A DNA stretch of 64,000 bases from Eledone cirrhosa (Eukaryota): assembly GCA_964016885.1 (NCBI GenBank), contig OZ024743.1:158968001-159032000 (forward strand), given 5' to 3'. The stretch's first letter is position 1. Every line of letters starts with the position of its first letter. The position numbers and the translations under genes were made by a program. The notes beneath the pieces are model-generated. The model was not told the DNA's origin and did no database searches. It saw only the letters and a list, made by a program, of their open reading frames with translations. This document shows, in pieces, positions 12,897-27,761 of this stretch.

Positions 12897-14619
12897 ATGT
12901 GTGTGCGTATGAGTGTGTGTGCATGTTACTTGAATTTTCTTTATCTAACAATCTTTTGGGAAAGCACCAATGTTTGTAACTCTTACAACTATATTAATCT
13001 TTATTTTCAAAATTTTGTTGTTCCGCGCAACAGCAACATCTGTGAGTGAGTAAGGGAGAGAGAGTGAGAGAAAAGAAAAGGAAAAAGTGATAGAGTTGTT
13101 AGCAGTTTTGAAAGAGATTGTAGCTTTTACCATCACCTCCCGAGGGAATATCTTGTTAGTTCTTGAATCTCTATTACTCTACCGATTTCATTACAGTAGT
13201 TTAAATAAGAATGTTAGATTAAATCCAGACGACATGCTTAACTCATTGACTTCTCCTGAAAGAAACTATATCTAAATTTAGAAAAGGCAGGAAAGAAAAA
13301 ATATCACTGTTAAGGAAGTGTTGCCGAATGTCTGATTTGATGCCTACAATTGATACTCCGCCATCTTGGTTGAGTTGCTTAACTCAACTAGCTTGCTAGA
13401 CTAGAAGTGGCAACAAAATATCCCTACAAATACATATTGAAAGAAATAGTCATGAATAAATTCTATCTACAAAGCAACTGAGGGGGAAGGGGGTCATGGC
13501 TAGAATGTCTTTGATCACGCGTAATGAGAATTAACGAAGGGCTAAACATCAAAATATACTGTGGAACAGCCAACGAAATGGTCCCAAATCGTCGTTCGAC
13601 CTGCTAGCAATAACAGCCGAAACATTATCATCCCAAATCCCCGCCTTTAAAGAGGAGCCATATATCTAGCATTATTAAAGTTTTTAATATACCTTCAAAA
13701 ATACAAAATAATGGGATATTTAATGTTTTTAATACCACTCATTCACAGCTGAACGTGAAGATAAAACAACAACAAAAGTGGTTCTTTTGGTTAAGGAAGT
13801 TTTAGGCAAACTATGCTTGACGAGAAATCAAAACAAGAGAGCTAGGTTCGAAATGCCTTTATTAACAAGTCTTGTCTATCCAGTCCGAAAGCACCACCAA
13901 CAACAATTTCAGTAGCACAAAACAAATGAACCTCAACATGGAAACTGCAGCAGATTGGATCCCCTTTGAATAACATTTCAGTCTTTAAAAAAAAGCAAGA
14001 ACATATTAGATGATGTAATCTTAGATTATGTTCGGGGGGAAACTGCTCAATAATTGCAACACTTTTGGTTATAGTTCTGTCCGCCTAGGGCGTACATAAT
14101 AAGCAACTTCAAGTATGGAAAGGCACCGTTCACTACTATAATCAATTTTTCTTTTTATCCTTTTGGATTCGATAAAAACAACAGCACCAAAAAGAACTGT
14201 AGGGCGGTGTACTGAAGCACCCATTAAACGCGATGGTTTGTGGCATGCATTCAGGTTCTTTGTTTACTGAGCTTAAATACAGTCGTGGCCTACAGGTAGG
14301 AAGTGACGGTAAGCTTAATTCATCACCTAGTTTAACTCCACCACATTTTATCTATCTCGTGCCTTTAACCGTATCCAGTTTATTGGAAGCTTTTGGGTTA
14401 GATCACAATTTGAGTAAGTTTTCCTCCCTCCCACCGTCATGGAGACCTCTAGAACCGTTACTTCCCTTCATTCTAACTAAGCGGTAAAAATAATATTGTA
14501 GGAGCTGCTTACTATGATCACCAAATGGCCTAGGTCTAAAGAACAAAGAATGTTTACACTGATCGAATTGGAATAGCTCTCCATCCGTTTTAAAAGATGA
14601 GACTTTTAGCTGTTTGATT

Positions 14620-14905
14620 AACGGAGCAGCATATTCATGAAATTAACATATAAGTGGATGAATATTCCAGAGACACGTGTACCCAGAATGTAATTCTCTG
14701 GAAGTTTCAGCGGAACAAAGTGTCTGACAAGGCTGGCCTTGTAACTACAGTTTCAGGACTTGCCACAATACAGTTTCGTCTATTCAATTTCACTCACACA
14801 ATATGGATCGACCTGAAATTATGTTAAATGACACATGCACAAGATGCCACGCAGGGAGATCGAACATGTGACCCAATGTTTGCAACGCGAACGTCTTAAC
14901 TATTC
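14620..14905 (-). mobile_element. tRNA-derived SINE type 2, decayed
   Basis: Reverse-strand similarity to 17022-17290, 20080-20340 and 55058-55280. Confidence 0.55.
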
Positions 14906-15748
14906 GTGCATTCTGCGTTCTTACTCAGATCATCAACTGATAGATGCCCTTTTTTGAAAATCCAGCAATTGAATTTATTTATCATAGAAAATGTTCACAG
15001 AACGAAATCGATTATTTTACCGCGAGAAAAATATAAATTTACTACTTGTGCTGAATAAATAGATTTGACGTAGTGAGAAACGAGAGAAAATATTAACAGT
15101 GAAGGCTAACAGTGAATATTAAAAATAAAATGAAAGTGCAAGATAACATTAATGCACTACTTGTGTTAGAAGTAGGGTATGGTCGAGAAGAAAAAGAAAA
15201 TGCTTGCAAATTTGAGAAATCGCTAGTGGAATGGGTTAATATAAGAAAAAGTATTTATCAAACTTGTGTGAGATAATTATATACGAAGGGATTAATGAAT
15301 TAATCGATTAATTAATTGATTGAATGATTAATTAATTTAATAATAAATTGCAAGTCGAAGACAGTCAGATGGGAGACAGAGGAGTTAAGACAGAATGAAA
15401 GTAAAGCAGTTAGACAAAGAAAAAAGTTGCAAACAGAGAGAGGGAGAGAAAGACATTCATACGTAAGTAGATGCATATATACATATATATATGTTTAGAG
15501 AGAGACTGAGTGAACTAGACAATATAGTTCAATAATATCGATAGAGTTTACAGAAGAATAGGCTACAACACAACAAATGATAAAGTATAAGATAACGACA
15601 AAAACAAGAATAAAATTTAAAATATATAAGCAACTGCTAACTTACCTGATCTAACCAAATGTTGGTTGTTAAAACTTGATTTCGTTCGTCCTGTCGAAAT
15701 AGAAAAAAGAAAAATACAGAAATACAGACGTGAAGGAGGTGATTTAAT

Positions 15749-15775
15749 ACACACACACACACACACACAGACACA

Positions 15776-15870
<95 letters not shown>
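15749..15870. repeat. (CA)n microsatellite
   Basis: Direct reading. Confidence 0.95.
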
Positions 15871-15873
<3 letters not shown>

Positions 15874-16903
15874 GTGTCCCCAATAATGTATACATATTTG
15901 AGTTATCTGCTGTTGAAGTATGTATATATTTTTGGGGACAATATATATATATATAAGAAGAATGAATGATCTATTTTAATTCAATATACGAACAAATTCT
16001 TTAAAAAGATTAAAATAAATGCTGAAAGCTAAAAAAGCAATTATTCTAGGTACTATTAAGACAAGTCAAAAGTAATCATCAGTGCCAAGTCTAATTAATC
16101 TTTGAGCTACGAAGGTTATGTACAACTAATGCTATACTAGAGATATATGTAAAATGTTTGTCACTACATATCCATTAATGAATGTACACAAACATGTATG
16201 TGTGTGTCAATGTATGTGTGTATATATATATATATATATACAAACATACATACACACATATATACGTACATTCCTACACAGGTATAATATATCTATATTA
16301 TAAGTGTGAAAGTTTGTCAGTCTTGACACATCATCAGCGAATATTCACACTTGTCACAAAGTTCTCGATCAGTTATAGAATAAGTCACGAAGAAAATATT
16401 TCCTTCCAAGTTCCCATTGGGGCAAAGAAGTAGGATTCAAGAAAGAAGATGAAAAATCCTTTTTCTCCCACTACTATTGTAACCATATGTCCCCGTGGAA
16501 ACCCCACAATTTCAATGAATCAATATGAAAATGTAAATGTTTTATTTACATTTATATACACACACAATATAATCAACCGGGATAAAATAAAATCGCACAT
16601 ATAAGCTCGAACCGCAACATTTCTATAAAGACTTGTTACACCGCCATCACATTCCCAATGAGAAGAGGAGGAATTTAAAATCAGGTCAGATATAGTCGGA
16701 TCAGACATCCCGAATATTCTGTTCGACTCTTTAACAATACAGGCAATTAACTGCCCCTGTAATGGTAATATGTTTAAAGACCCCGAAGGATGAAAGGCGA
16801 AATTAATTTCTGCTGAATATGAACTCAGAGTGCAGGTAGCTGAAACACATAATGAGTCGTTTGATCAAATACCCCAAAACTCAGCCAATTTGCTGTACAT
16901 ATA

Positions 16904-16955
<52 letters not shown>

Positions 16956-16983
16956 TGCGTGTGTGTGTGTGTGTGTGTGTGTG

Positions 16984-17015
<32 letters not shown>

Positions 17016-17021
17016 AGAGAC

Positions 17022-17290
17022 ATAGCTTAGTGTTAGGGTGTTCGGATCATGATCATATTGTCTTGAGTTAGATATCCGCCGGCGCGTTGTGTGAGCACGA
17101 CACTTTATTTCACGTTGCACAAGGTAACTCAGGTAGAAAAATGAGTTGTACAGGTGACGATAAATAACCATAAGAACTACGTTAAAAGTGCACATGTGTA
17201 TGGAATGCTTAGCCATTTGTACGTTAATTTCACGAGCAGGCTGTTTCGTTGTTCACATATCGTGAACACTCACCGTTGGACACGACAGAA
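17022..17290 (+). mobile_element. tRNA-derived SINE type 2
   Basis: A-box-like tagcttagtgttagg; shared body cactttatttcacgttgc..aagaactacgttaaa..cgttaatttcacgagcaggct. Confidence 0.65.
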
Positions 17291-17665
17291 AGTCAGCACT
17301 TACATATTTCATTATATATTCATATTTTTATGTTTTCTTATTTTCTATACTGAATTTTAAAAAGACGGATCTGCGCCATTCTTTCTTAATGGCACCTGTG
17401 TCAGGGTCAGCAGGATAGTCTATACAATGACCAGCGTAGCTATCATTAAAATCATTAGTAAAATCTCCTTGATGAAGTGAACATGCTTCGAGAGGTGTTA
17501 TGTTATATCAAAGTCGCAATTTAGCATAACACTTATGAAAAACACGCGAACGGGTATAAATATGGAAACAAATACTGGAAAAAAAAACGATTTACATACA
17601 CACATCTCTCTCTTTCTCGCTATCTCATTCACTCACTCCCACTCTCACTCTATCTGTATGCACAC

Positions 17666-17736
<71 letters not shown>

Positions 17737-17751
17737 TATGTATATATATAT

Positions 17752-17809
17752 ATAGGAACGAGTAGGACCCCGACGGCTGAGCTCAAGCTGTTTCGACGGC
17801 TAATTCTGG

Positions 17810-17812
<3 letters not shown>
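17752..17812 (-). mobile_element. Family F terminal fragment (tail-less arm)
   Basis: Near-identical to 63122-63182; lies between (TA)n and (TG)n. Confidence 0.75.
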
Positions 17813-17896
<84 letters not shown>

Positions 17897-18954
17897 ATAC
17901 ATATACACACACACACACATATATATATATATACAATTTGTTACATTTAACAGTTCTCCATGAACAATATAGGTGTTTTTAGCTTCTCTTAAATATGAAA
18001 TGCATGGATTTGTTTTACACTGCAACGCATTTTTATGTTTACAACACACCATACAGATTATCAGTAAATGTCTGAATCAATATATCGATAAATAAAGAGA
18101 AAGAAAATTCATTTTCTGAAAATAATGTTTGTTCGTTTAAATGTTTTAACTATACAGAGTATATAGTACGCATTACCCCTGGTTTATCACACTTTTCCTT
18201 GCATTTATTCCATAAGGTTAAATTTTATTAACAGCAAATCAGTGATTATTGTTATTTAATCAAAAGAAAGTATGCAAAAGAAAGCTTATAAAGTATTCTG
18301 ATCATTACAGCTATCGATGAGTATCAGTATGGGGTCTTTGAAAGATTAAATATCGGTAAATGTAACACGTTGGTAAATGTGACACGTTGAGTCAAACTCA
18401 ATGTTTGGTGATCCTGTAGGGGAAACACGTTCCAAATTGATTTGAAAAGGAGGGCTACTGGTGTGTTTCACATTGTTTACAATGAATGAATGCCAGTTAG
18501 CATTATCTAATGCACTTGAGTTTATACCAGATATGAGTTCGTTTCTTATACAGTAGCATATATGACCGTGTCATTAAGAATTTGGTTCGTAATGGCATCG
18601 TTCCAGGTTTTATCGCACAGTACAGCCCTTTGGATAACTTTAGGTCGACTGACGCCTTATGGATTTGAATTCATTTTGAATTTGAATTGATGCCTGTCGA
18701 ATGGATTACACCAATTTTTCACTGACAGGCTTAATACACCTTTCAGTTTAACACAACCACTTAGCTCTTAGTCCATTTAGCACTTTATTACAAGTATTCA
18801 GATGAACTCTTATCCTCGAGATAATCTTGATGTTCAAAAGCCAGTAAAAGGATATTGCCATTCTTCCACTGATATAAAACGTAAAAAATTGAAATTGCTC
18901 AATATATATTAACTACTTTTGGCTATGTGTGAGGAAATATTTTAGCAAATTCCT

Positions 18955-19205
18955 ATTTATTTTATCGAAAGAATGTAAGGCAAAGGTGACTACGTTGGTT
19001 TCAAAATATAAAAGTAGGCCTTGGTGAGATACGGGGAGTGTATAATCGATTAATTATACCGCAATATATAACTGGTAATTTAACCATCACGGAAAGTCGA
19101 ATGACAATATTATTCACTGCTGGATTTGAAATCAGAACATAAAGTGCTGAAAGTAAATACTGGAAAATATCTTGTTTGACACACAATGTATTCTGCCACT
19201 CTGCC
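18955..19205 (-). mobile_element. tRNA-derived SINE type 1 fragments, decayed
   Basis: ttattttatcga..aaggcaaaggtgac and ggatttgaaatcagaac resemble 50578-50690. Confidence 0.45.
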
Positions 19206-20079
19206 ACGTTGCTAACTTGATCTTTACAGTGATGTATTAATCCTCCAGAAATTCAAATATTACAAAGAATAGCGTGATACTCACATTGGCTTTGTAACAA
19301 CAAATTTACTTATTTAATATTTCAATTGATTAACCAGCAAATTGATTAACCAGAAAATTGTTTTTGTTTGATTTGAACAAAAGGTAGAAAGTATACTACT
19401 GTACTGCATTTCGTTTAGAGTTTGAATGTTTCTAGCAACCAAGCATCATACGTTTTTTTAAAATTATATATATATATATGTATTTATGACAAAAGCCTAT
19501 TGCTTTTTTTGTAATAACTTTTTTTGTCAGCGTTAAAGGAATCAAAAATTCACCGTAAACAATATATTATATTCTTGTAATATCAATCCGCTTTAGTCCA
19601 CTAAATTTTGACATATATTTATAAAACTATTTGAGGTCTTTTTACTTAATAAGATTTTTGTTTTTTACTGGTGTCTTAAATCAACTGCGTTCAAATGCAG
19701 CATGATGCATCGTATATTCTTACACATATATACACACACTCACATTATATATATGTATATATATATATATATATATATTGAATTGAGAGAGAGAAAGAGA
19801 AAGAGAGAGAATGAGAGAGGGAGAAAACAAGAGAGATGGATAGGTATACATATAAATATTTGTATATTAGTAAATTAAATTTCAGCACCTAGATTTTCAC
19901 AATTTGTTTTCTATTTTCGAAAGTATTTTGGTCCCTTCTGGACATGTCATGTGAGTATGTGAATATTACGTAGATTCAATATCTAGGTGAATATTGACAT
20001 GGCACCGCTACCTATTTGGTATTTACATAGTTAAATAGAAATAATCTGTCAAACATTTTCATATTTTACCATTTGCAGT

Positions 20080-20340
20080 TTCGTAGTGGTGGCGTAGTGG
20101 TTAGGGTATTCGAGTTCACGATTGTAAGGGGGTGAGTTTGATTCCCAATGGCGCGTTGCGTCATTCAGCAAGACACTTTATTTCACATTGCTCCACTTAA
20201 TTCAGCTGGCAAAAACGTGTTGTACCTTTAATTTGAAGGGCAAGTTTTGTTACATTCAGTGCCAGGCTGAATCTCCCTAAGAACTACGTTAAAGATACGA
20301 GTATCTGTGGAAGGAACGTTAATCTCATGAGCAGGCTTTT
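20080..20340 (+). mobile_element. tRNA-derived SINE type 2
   Basis: A box tggcgtagtgg, B-box-like gagtttgattccc, shared body with 17022-17290. Confidence 0.7.
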
Positions 20341-22335
20341 TATTTTTACGTTGTGCATAGATCAAAGAAAGATAACCCATAAAATACTCTCAAATAATAT
20401 GAATCACAGAATATATAATTTAATATAATCTGAATTCAATTATATTAAATTAAATCACATCAATATCAATCTACATTTCCATTTCGAACTGATTTGAACT
20501 TTTCAATAAATTTCTTTATTTTATCTTTCTTTTACTTTCTTTGAGTCATAAAGTTTATGGGAATATTGAATTTTTTTAGTGAAGTATATTTTTAAATGAA
20601 CGCATAGTGGTATCTGTCTGATTCCCTAATCTGTTGACGACATCTGCATGCCAACAGATAATGAGTTCCACGTCTGACCAATATATTTCTTCACAATTCA
20701 GGCAGTTGATACGTTAAATAAGGTTTCAGCTTTTACAATTCGTAGTTGCATTTACATATATTTTTCTCCGGGCTTTGTGTTGGGCAGCATGTATAAATGC
20801 TGCGGCAATTGTCATAAAACGTAGTTACTGTGAAGTCTTTAATGTTGTTTAGATCAGACTTTGTCCTTATCTACAATTATTTCAAGTTCTTTGGTTGTCG
20901 TTTGCTTTGAATATGCATTGTCATATATTATCTGAGCACAATTCGACCAACTGTGAAATATGTGCTTATACACGCGTATACACCCCCCACACACAGATAT
21001 ATATAAATGCACAGGCACCTAAGTACGTGCAGAAAGGAGAGAAAAGTGTACTTATTCCTAAAAGTAGATTTAAAAAGAAACATACCCCCTTCGTTATTCA
21101 AAGTTTTGAACTTTCCTACAGAAATGTGTTGGATCTTAGACACTACTAATCTATTGACCATATTTTTAATCATCATTTTGTCTGCTTCCTGACAGTGTCC
21201 TGGCAGTATGCATGATGCGTATCTCATATATACTTCTATAGGGACATTTACAAGATTACTGTTATCCTTATTTAACTGTCTCGTGTGCTACGAAGACCTT
21301 CAGTGATTACACGACTATCGCATTACCTACAGTTTATGTACTTACATGTATTCAGCACAAGCGTTTATATTTCGGATATTCTCAACCTCCCTCCCCCATC
21401 ATTAACTTCCCACAACAATCACCATTCCCCCCCCCCCCCCTTAAAAAAAAAAATATATACATGCTGAACCAACCACAACAACTCAGAAGAGTTTTAGCGA
21501 ACAATGGCTTTGCTTAAACGTTGAAGCTATGCTTCAAATAAATGATTGTTTTCAAGTACATCCATATTTAGTATGACAGCCCATAGTATGGCATGATTTA
21601 CAGTGTTAAACATCTTCTTCGTGTTTACATGTATAAATATACATTCATACACACAAGTAATCCCTCACACACTAACTCACATTTATGTGTAAATGTGCGT
21701 GTTTGAGCTCAGATAAATGAGAGAAGGAATAAGATAGAGTAGGAAACAGTTATATAGAGGGAGAGCGGGATAAGGTATATACAGGTTAGGTTTGCACTGA
21801 AGTAAGTATTCAATTGGATATGGTGACAGTAGAAAAAAAAATAGTCGGTAAAGGATTATAGTGAATTAAAGGAAATAATTTTCTCACTTCATACATTACT
21901 GAAAACATTTTATTATTGTTCTTATTTTATTTGGATGAAAAAGAATATTTAATATTTGAAGAATCCCAGTTTAACTTGAAAGATAAAATTACATGAAGTG
22001 ACTGAAAAGAATATTTGGCTGTATTGAAAGTATAACAGACTACAATTTCAATTCTTTGATGAAATATTTTGAAGTAATCACCATTATCTTAATTGTTCTC
22101 ACCTTTGCACATGGCAAATTTGACATGTTTCCCCATCCGCTCATTTCTATTAAAGGAAATTCTCTTTGATGCGAGAATTCATTTATGCACTCGCATATGT
22201 GTATGGATGTAGAGATAGGTACTGAAAATGTTTTTATTTATTCCTATTTCTATTTCAAATACAATATAATTTCGTACGCACGATTAAGCAATATCATCTG
22301 AAATATCGTGTGATTATGTTAAACACCGAGTAACG

Positions 22336-23180
22336 ATGGACAGATTTCCTTTGAAAATCACGTTCGATAACACCCCAAGAAAGTCAATCAGGGTTTCAGA
22401 ATGCATAACCAGTAGAGTTATCAATGAAGACATCCGATACAATTTGTATGTGATGTCGGATGTGACAAAAGAAAATCGTTTTGTCAGTGCAAAGTGCTTA
22501 CTGAATAAAATAAAACATCAAGAAGCTGGAATGCTTTGGTTCTTTTCTGATGAGAAATACTTTGATCAGGACCAAAAGTTAAACCGAAGGAACGACAGAT
22601 GGCTATTCAAAGACCCAAAGGAGGTTTCAACGGTGGTCGTACACAACACATTTCCAGCGACTGTGATGGTTCTGGGTGTCGTCAGCAACTAAGGAAATGT
22701 CATGTTTCCTCCTAATTTTTTCAATGCTTAAGAGTCAACGTTGCTGTCTACAATGAGGTGTCGGAGACAGTTTTGAAGCTCTGAATAGACATTTGATCTT
22801 CCAACAAAACACTGCGGCGTCTCATAAGCATAGATGCGTGACAATTTCTAAGATGACCTTCTTCCAGACACACAGCCTCCTAGCTCTTCAGATCTCAATC
22901 CCTCGGACTACTATGTATGGGTCATAGTTGAAAGAGAGATCAATCATCATCCTTGCAACACTATAGAGTTGTCCAGTGTTGATAGAGATCATTTGATTCG
23001 GGCATGCCAACGCTTCAGATCCCTTATTGAAGCAGTCATTGAAGCTAACGGAAGATTCATTGAATAGATATCATATTGTAAATAATATTTATACCAATTT
23101 GTATCTAAATATAGCATATCTTTGATGTGCTATGCGTCATTTTCTAAATTCATGAAAATATCCTAAAAAAATTGACTTAC
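22336..23180 (+). mobile_element. Tc1/mariner-superfamily transposase relic (DD37D/maT-like)
   Basis: WFFSDEKYFDQDQKLNRRNDRW, FPATVMVLGVVS, and downstream PPSSSDLNPSDYYVW; stops and frameshifts. Confidence 0.8.
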
Positions 23181-23315
23181 CCTCTATGTATATAATTAAG
23201 GTTTACATCATTATCCAATGATTTCCATCTCGTTACTAACAATTTACTCAACAAATTCATTTCCAGCGTACACAAGTGACCAAATGTAAGGCAGCATTCC
23301 CAGCCAGAAGCCCAC

Positions 23316-23349
<34 letters not shown>

Positions 23350-24529
23350 AACGAAAAACCTGTTGAAGAAGGGAAATCACCGCTCCATCTTAGGATTACC
23401 GACTTGCATATACGTTACGTAACTTGAAGTGTAACTTACGAATTCCCAGAAACCTATCGAAGATATTTATCGACTAATATCTAAGGATCAGGTCCAGGTT
23501 CGTCTTTAACCTGTCTTTATTTTTCGTTGTTGTAGTCTTAATGTAACAACATGCCTCTGGTTGCATCTTTCATTGTGTCACTATTACTTAATTATTATAT
23601 TCACTCCGAGGAGTCATTTCTAAATTACTTTATCACTGAGTGCTTCGGGACAGTGTCGAAATTCAATCGGATGCGAATCTGCTAATTGCAGCTGCAACTT
23701 CGTTTATACTCATTACTGTTATATTGTTATATATATGTATATATATATATACAGAGAGAGAGAGAGAGAGAAAGAGAGATAGTAATATATGAGGTTATAG
23801 TGTAATGCTTCACTATTTTCATTGGTAAGATGAGTGAAGCTCAATTCACATTTTTACCCTTCATTCTTCAGGAGTGAATAATTATAGTAGCAGGGCATTT
23901 ATAATTCAACATTTAATAAGGCCAATATTATTATTATTTATATATACATCTACCGTCGTTTCAACGCGACTAGGAATTTTCAAATGTTTCTACGTTAAAA
24001 GGATCAGTAAAATAATACGCACTGCAATTTATATCATGAAAACATCCTTTATAACAACAAAAAGAAAATAGAAAATTATTGAACATTTAAAATTCGATTC
24101 GGGGATTGCTTGTAAAATAAAAACTGTTGGTATGAGGTTGTCCCCGAATCAAATTTTCAATTTTCAATTTTCTATTTTCTTTTCCCTATCTTCCATTATA
24201 TGTTTGGGTTCAACGTAATCCCGTTAAGTAATTCCATGGATAACGCCTGGTGAGATCGTCCTGTCTTGTATGATAATTGGATGATGCGTTAATGAAACAT
24301 GTACAGTGATTTCACAGCATTAAAATTCTAAAGCTATATTTTCCAGTCTGGCCTTCAGTTGTTGTTTAATGAATACTTTACTCCGTTTCTGCACCAACCA
24401 CTGGATGCCACATCTACGATGGATGACCTGCATAACGTTGAATGTTTTAAATAATTTGTAATTTGTTTCATCATTGTTTCCCAACCAGAACCACCAGTTC
24501 TATCCACTGGTAATCAAAGTGGCTTGAAC

Positions 24530-24621
<92 letters not shown>

Positions 24622-24703
24622 GTTATTCCGGGTTGAATCGGAGGTAACCACAGTAAGTAAGGTACTCAATACATAGCAGAGTATAAAAGTTTTAATATAG
24701 ATG

Positions 24704-24754
24704 AGATTCTACAGGACTAGAACTGTTTCATTCTTTAGAAATCATCAGGAATCT
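24704..24754 (-). ncRNA. Type I hammerhead ribozyme (family C terminus)
   Basis: agattc-CTGATGA-tttc taaa gaat-GAAA-cag ttctagtc ctg-TA-gaatct. Confidence 0.85.
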
Positions 24755-25321
24755 GGGTATCAAAAAATAAACATGGTATTTATAGGTCTCTACAAGTGGT
24801 AGGAGAGGGTGGGGAGTGGGATGGGTGTAGGTCATTGGTTGATAGAAAAGAGAATTCATTAAAAGCTAATTCTACAAAGCTATAGTTTATTTTTATTAAT
24901 TTTTGCTTTTAGAGTAACAAAGGCAGACAGAATTCTATAAACAGGTTCCGGATGGCATACCATTCCTTGTCATGAAGTTTCTCTTAAGCTAACAGATGTC
25001 TATAAGATCAGTGGGGGGTCAGTCATGGTAGATAGAATTAAAGGAAAGGGAGATTTTTTAAAAGCTAAGTTCATTAAGGTTCTACTAAGTGACAAAGGTT
25101 TAGAGAATTCTGTAGACAGATTCAAAATACTGAGTGCATATCTTACAATTATCTTCGAACTTCTCTTAAACTAATCAAGTATATGCCAAAATCAACGGAC
25201 ACATTCACAAAAAAACACACTCACTCACACACTCGCGCGCAACCATAAACACACATACACATACACATATACACACATAAAAACACACACACAATATAAA
25301 TATATTTATATACACATATAT

Positions 25322-25418
<97 letters not shown>

Positions 25419-25533
25419 TACATATATATTCACACACACACACACACATATATACACATATATATACACTTACACACATACATACATACACACAAATATA
25501 CATGTGTATACATATACATACACATACACATAC

Positions 25534-25594
<61 letters not shown>

Positions 25595-25695
25595 AACAAA
25601 TATATACATATACATACACACACACACACACATACATATATATATATACACACACACACACATATACACATATATAAGGAAAAAGCACCATACAT

Positions 25696-25762
<67 letters not shown>

Positions 25763-25782
25763 CACCATTCATACATATATTC

Positions 25783-25826
<44 letters not shown>

Positions 25827-25844
25827 ACACACATACATATATAC

Positions 25845-25910
<66 letters not shown>

Positions 25911-26017
25911 ACACACATACATACATATATACACAAATACATACACATACATACACATACATACATATACACACACATATATACACACACACATACACAT
26001 GCATATATATAAATATG

Positions 26018-26048
<31 letters not shown>

Positions 26049-26062
26049 TCTCTCTCACGCAC

Positions 26063-26210
<148 letters not shown>

Positions 26211-26337
26211 AAAGTTATATTTAAATTGTTGGGTTACAACTAGTAAATATTTATAACTGATATAAAAGCACTCGACAAGTATTTGGAGTATATTTACAAT
26301 ATTAAATAAATGGAAACTATATTTATAAAACCATAAT

Positions 26338-26403
26338 TATTTCATTATATATATTTCAGGGATATCATATTAACAATATGCTATGCCTTCCTCAGACAAA
26401 ATA
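26338..26403 (-). ncRNA. Hammerhead ribozyme (family B, left arm)
   Basis: tattttgt-CTGAGGA-agg..cct-GAAA-tatata-TA-atgaaata. Confidence 0.75.
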
Positions 26404-27761
26404 CAATATAAACAGTTTTATAGATAAATAGATTTGACATACCGTAACAACATCGACTTGTATTTGAAAAGTTGATTTGGCAGTGAAAAAATTGTACACA
26501 GAGAGAAAGAAAGAGAGAAAAAAAGGAAAGAAAGACAGAAAACGAAGAAAAAGAAGAAAAAAGAAGAAATGCATGGAACAAAATAGAGAGATGGAAAGAT
26601 AGATAAAGAGAAGAACTTCATGTAAAGAAACAGAGAGAGAAATATATATATATATAGAGAGAGAGGAAATAGAGATCGATACATATATATAGAAAACTAG
26701 GTAGTGGGACGTCAGTTGAGTAAACGTATCAATGATACATTTATTTATTTATTTATTTATTTAGCTCTAGTATTAATGTAAGGGAGATATATGTGGTTAG
26801 AATAGAAACCAGCTGTTATATAGAGAGAAAAATTAAAAATAACCAGACATAGGCGAGGCATAAAAAAAAAAAAAAAAACCCTATGTTTTAATGTAGAGGT
26901 ATTCGTATGTATAAAAACCAGCCACTATATTGTAAATATCAGTATTCCTGAATGAGACATGTATCCATAATGTGTGAAAATGATCTTATGTTTAGTTTTT
27001 TCAAAAAATTCATATGTTTATGTGATAACTACAAACATCTATGTGAATTTATATGATCAACTCTGCAAACCCTAAATTCACGGAAAACATTCTCATTGTG
27101 CTATAATAATTTAAGTATACATATATGTGTATATATATACACACAAATATATATAGAGTCAATATTGCTACTATTCCTGTCTTTACTCTACAAGATTATC
27201 TATCAAGCAGAAATAGAGAGCAGATTTCAATATACTAATAAAAATATATATCAGAAACAAAAAATAACAATAATAATAATAATAAGTAATAATAAGATAG
27301 AAAACTAAAAAATATTACGAAAGAGTATTACATATTAAAAATATTACATATTAAAAATATTAAAAATAAAAATATTAGAAAATACTACAATAATAAAAAT
27401 AAACCACAAAGATCAACCCTTCAAAATTAATTGACAATATATTGCCAAGTTCATTATAAGCATCAGAGTCGAAAAACAGATAAAGCCAAAAATTATTTAT
27501 CAAATCGCATCTAGCAAAAATCATTTCAAAAAGTTTAGGATGCCCATTTGGTCTACATGTGTTCTTATATTTAATATAGAAGTTTATCAAGTGTAACGTT
27601 TATTCGAAATATTTGGAGCATCAACTTTTAGGGTAGCTTAATTTTTCATGAAGAATGTTTAAATAAAAATAAAAATAAAAATAAAAATAAAAAGAATAAA
27701 AAGAAGAAATCAAAGATTTATCGGCTAGTTTCCCATATAATTATAAATCAAACTAAATATA

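Noticed and set aside
15869-15905. cagggtgtcccc Tc1/mariner-like TIR
   Set aside because: No partner TIR or transposase found nearby.
20080-20150. Functional tRNA gene
   Set aside because: No intact cloverleaf and it continues into a SINE body shared with other copies.
26948-26990. CTGAATGA..GAAA on the strand antisense to element B
   Set aside because: No convincing stem I or stem III, and opposite orientation to all other motifs.
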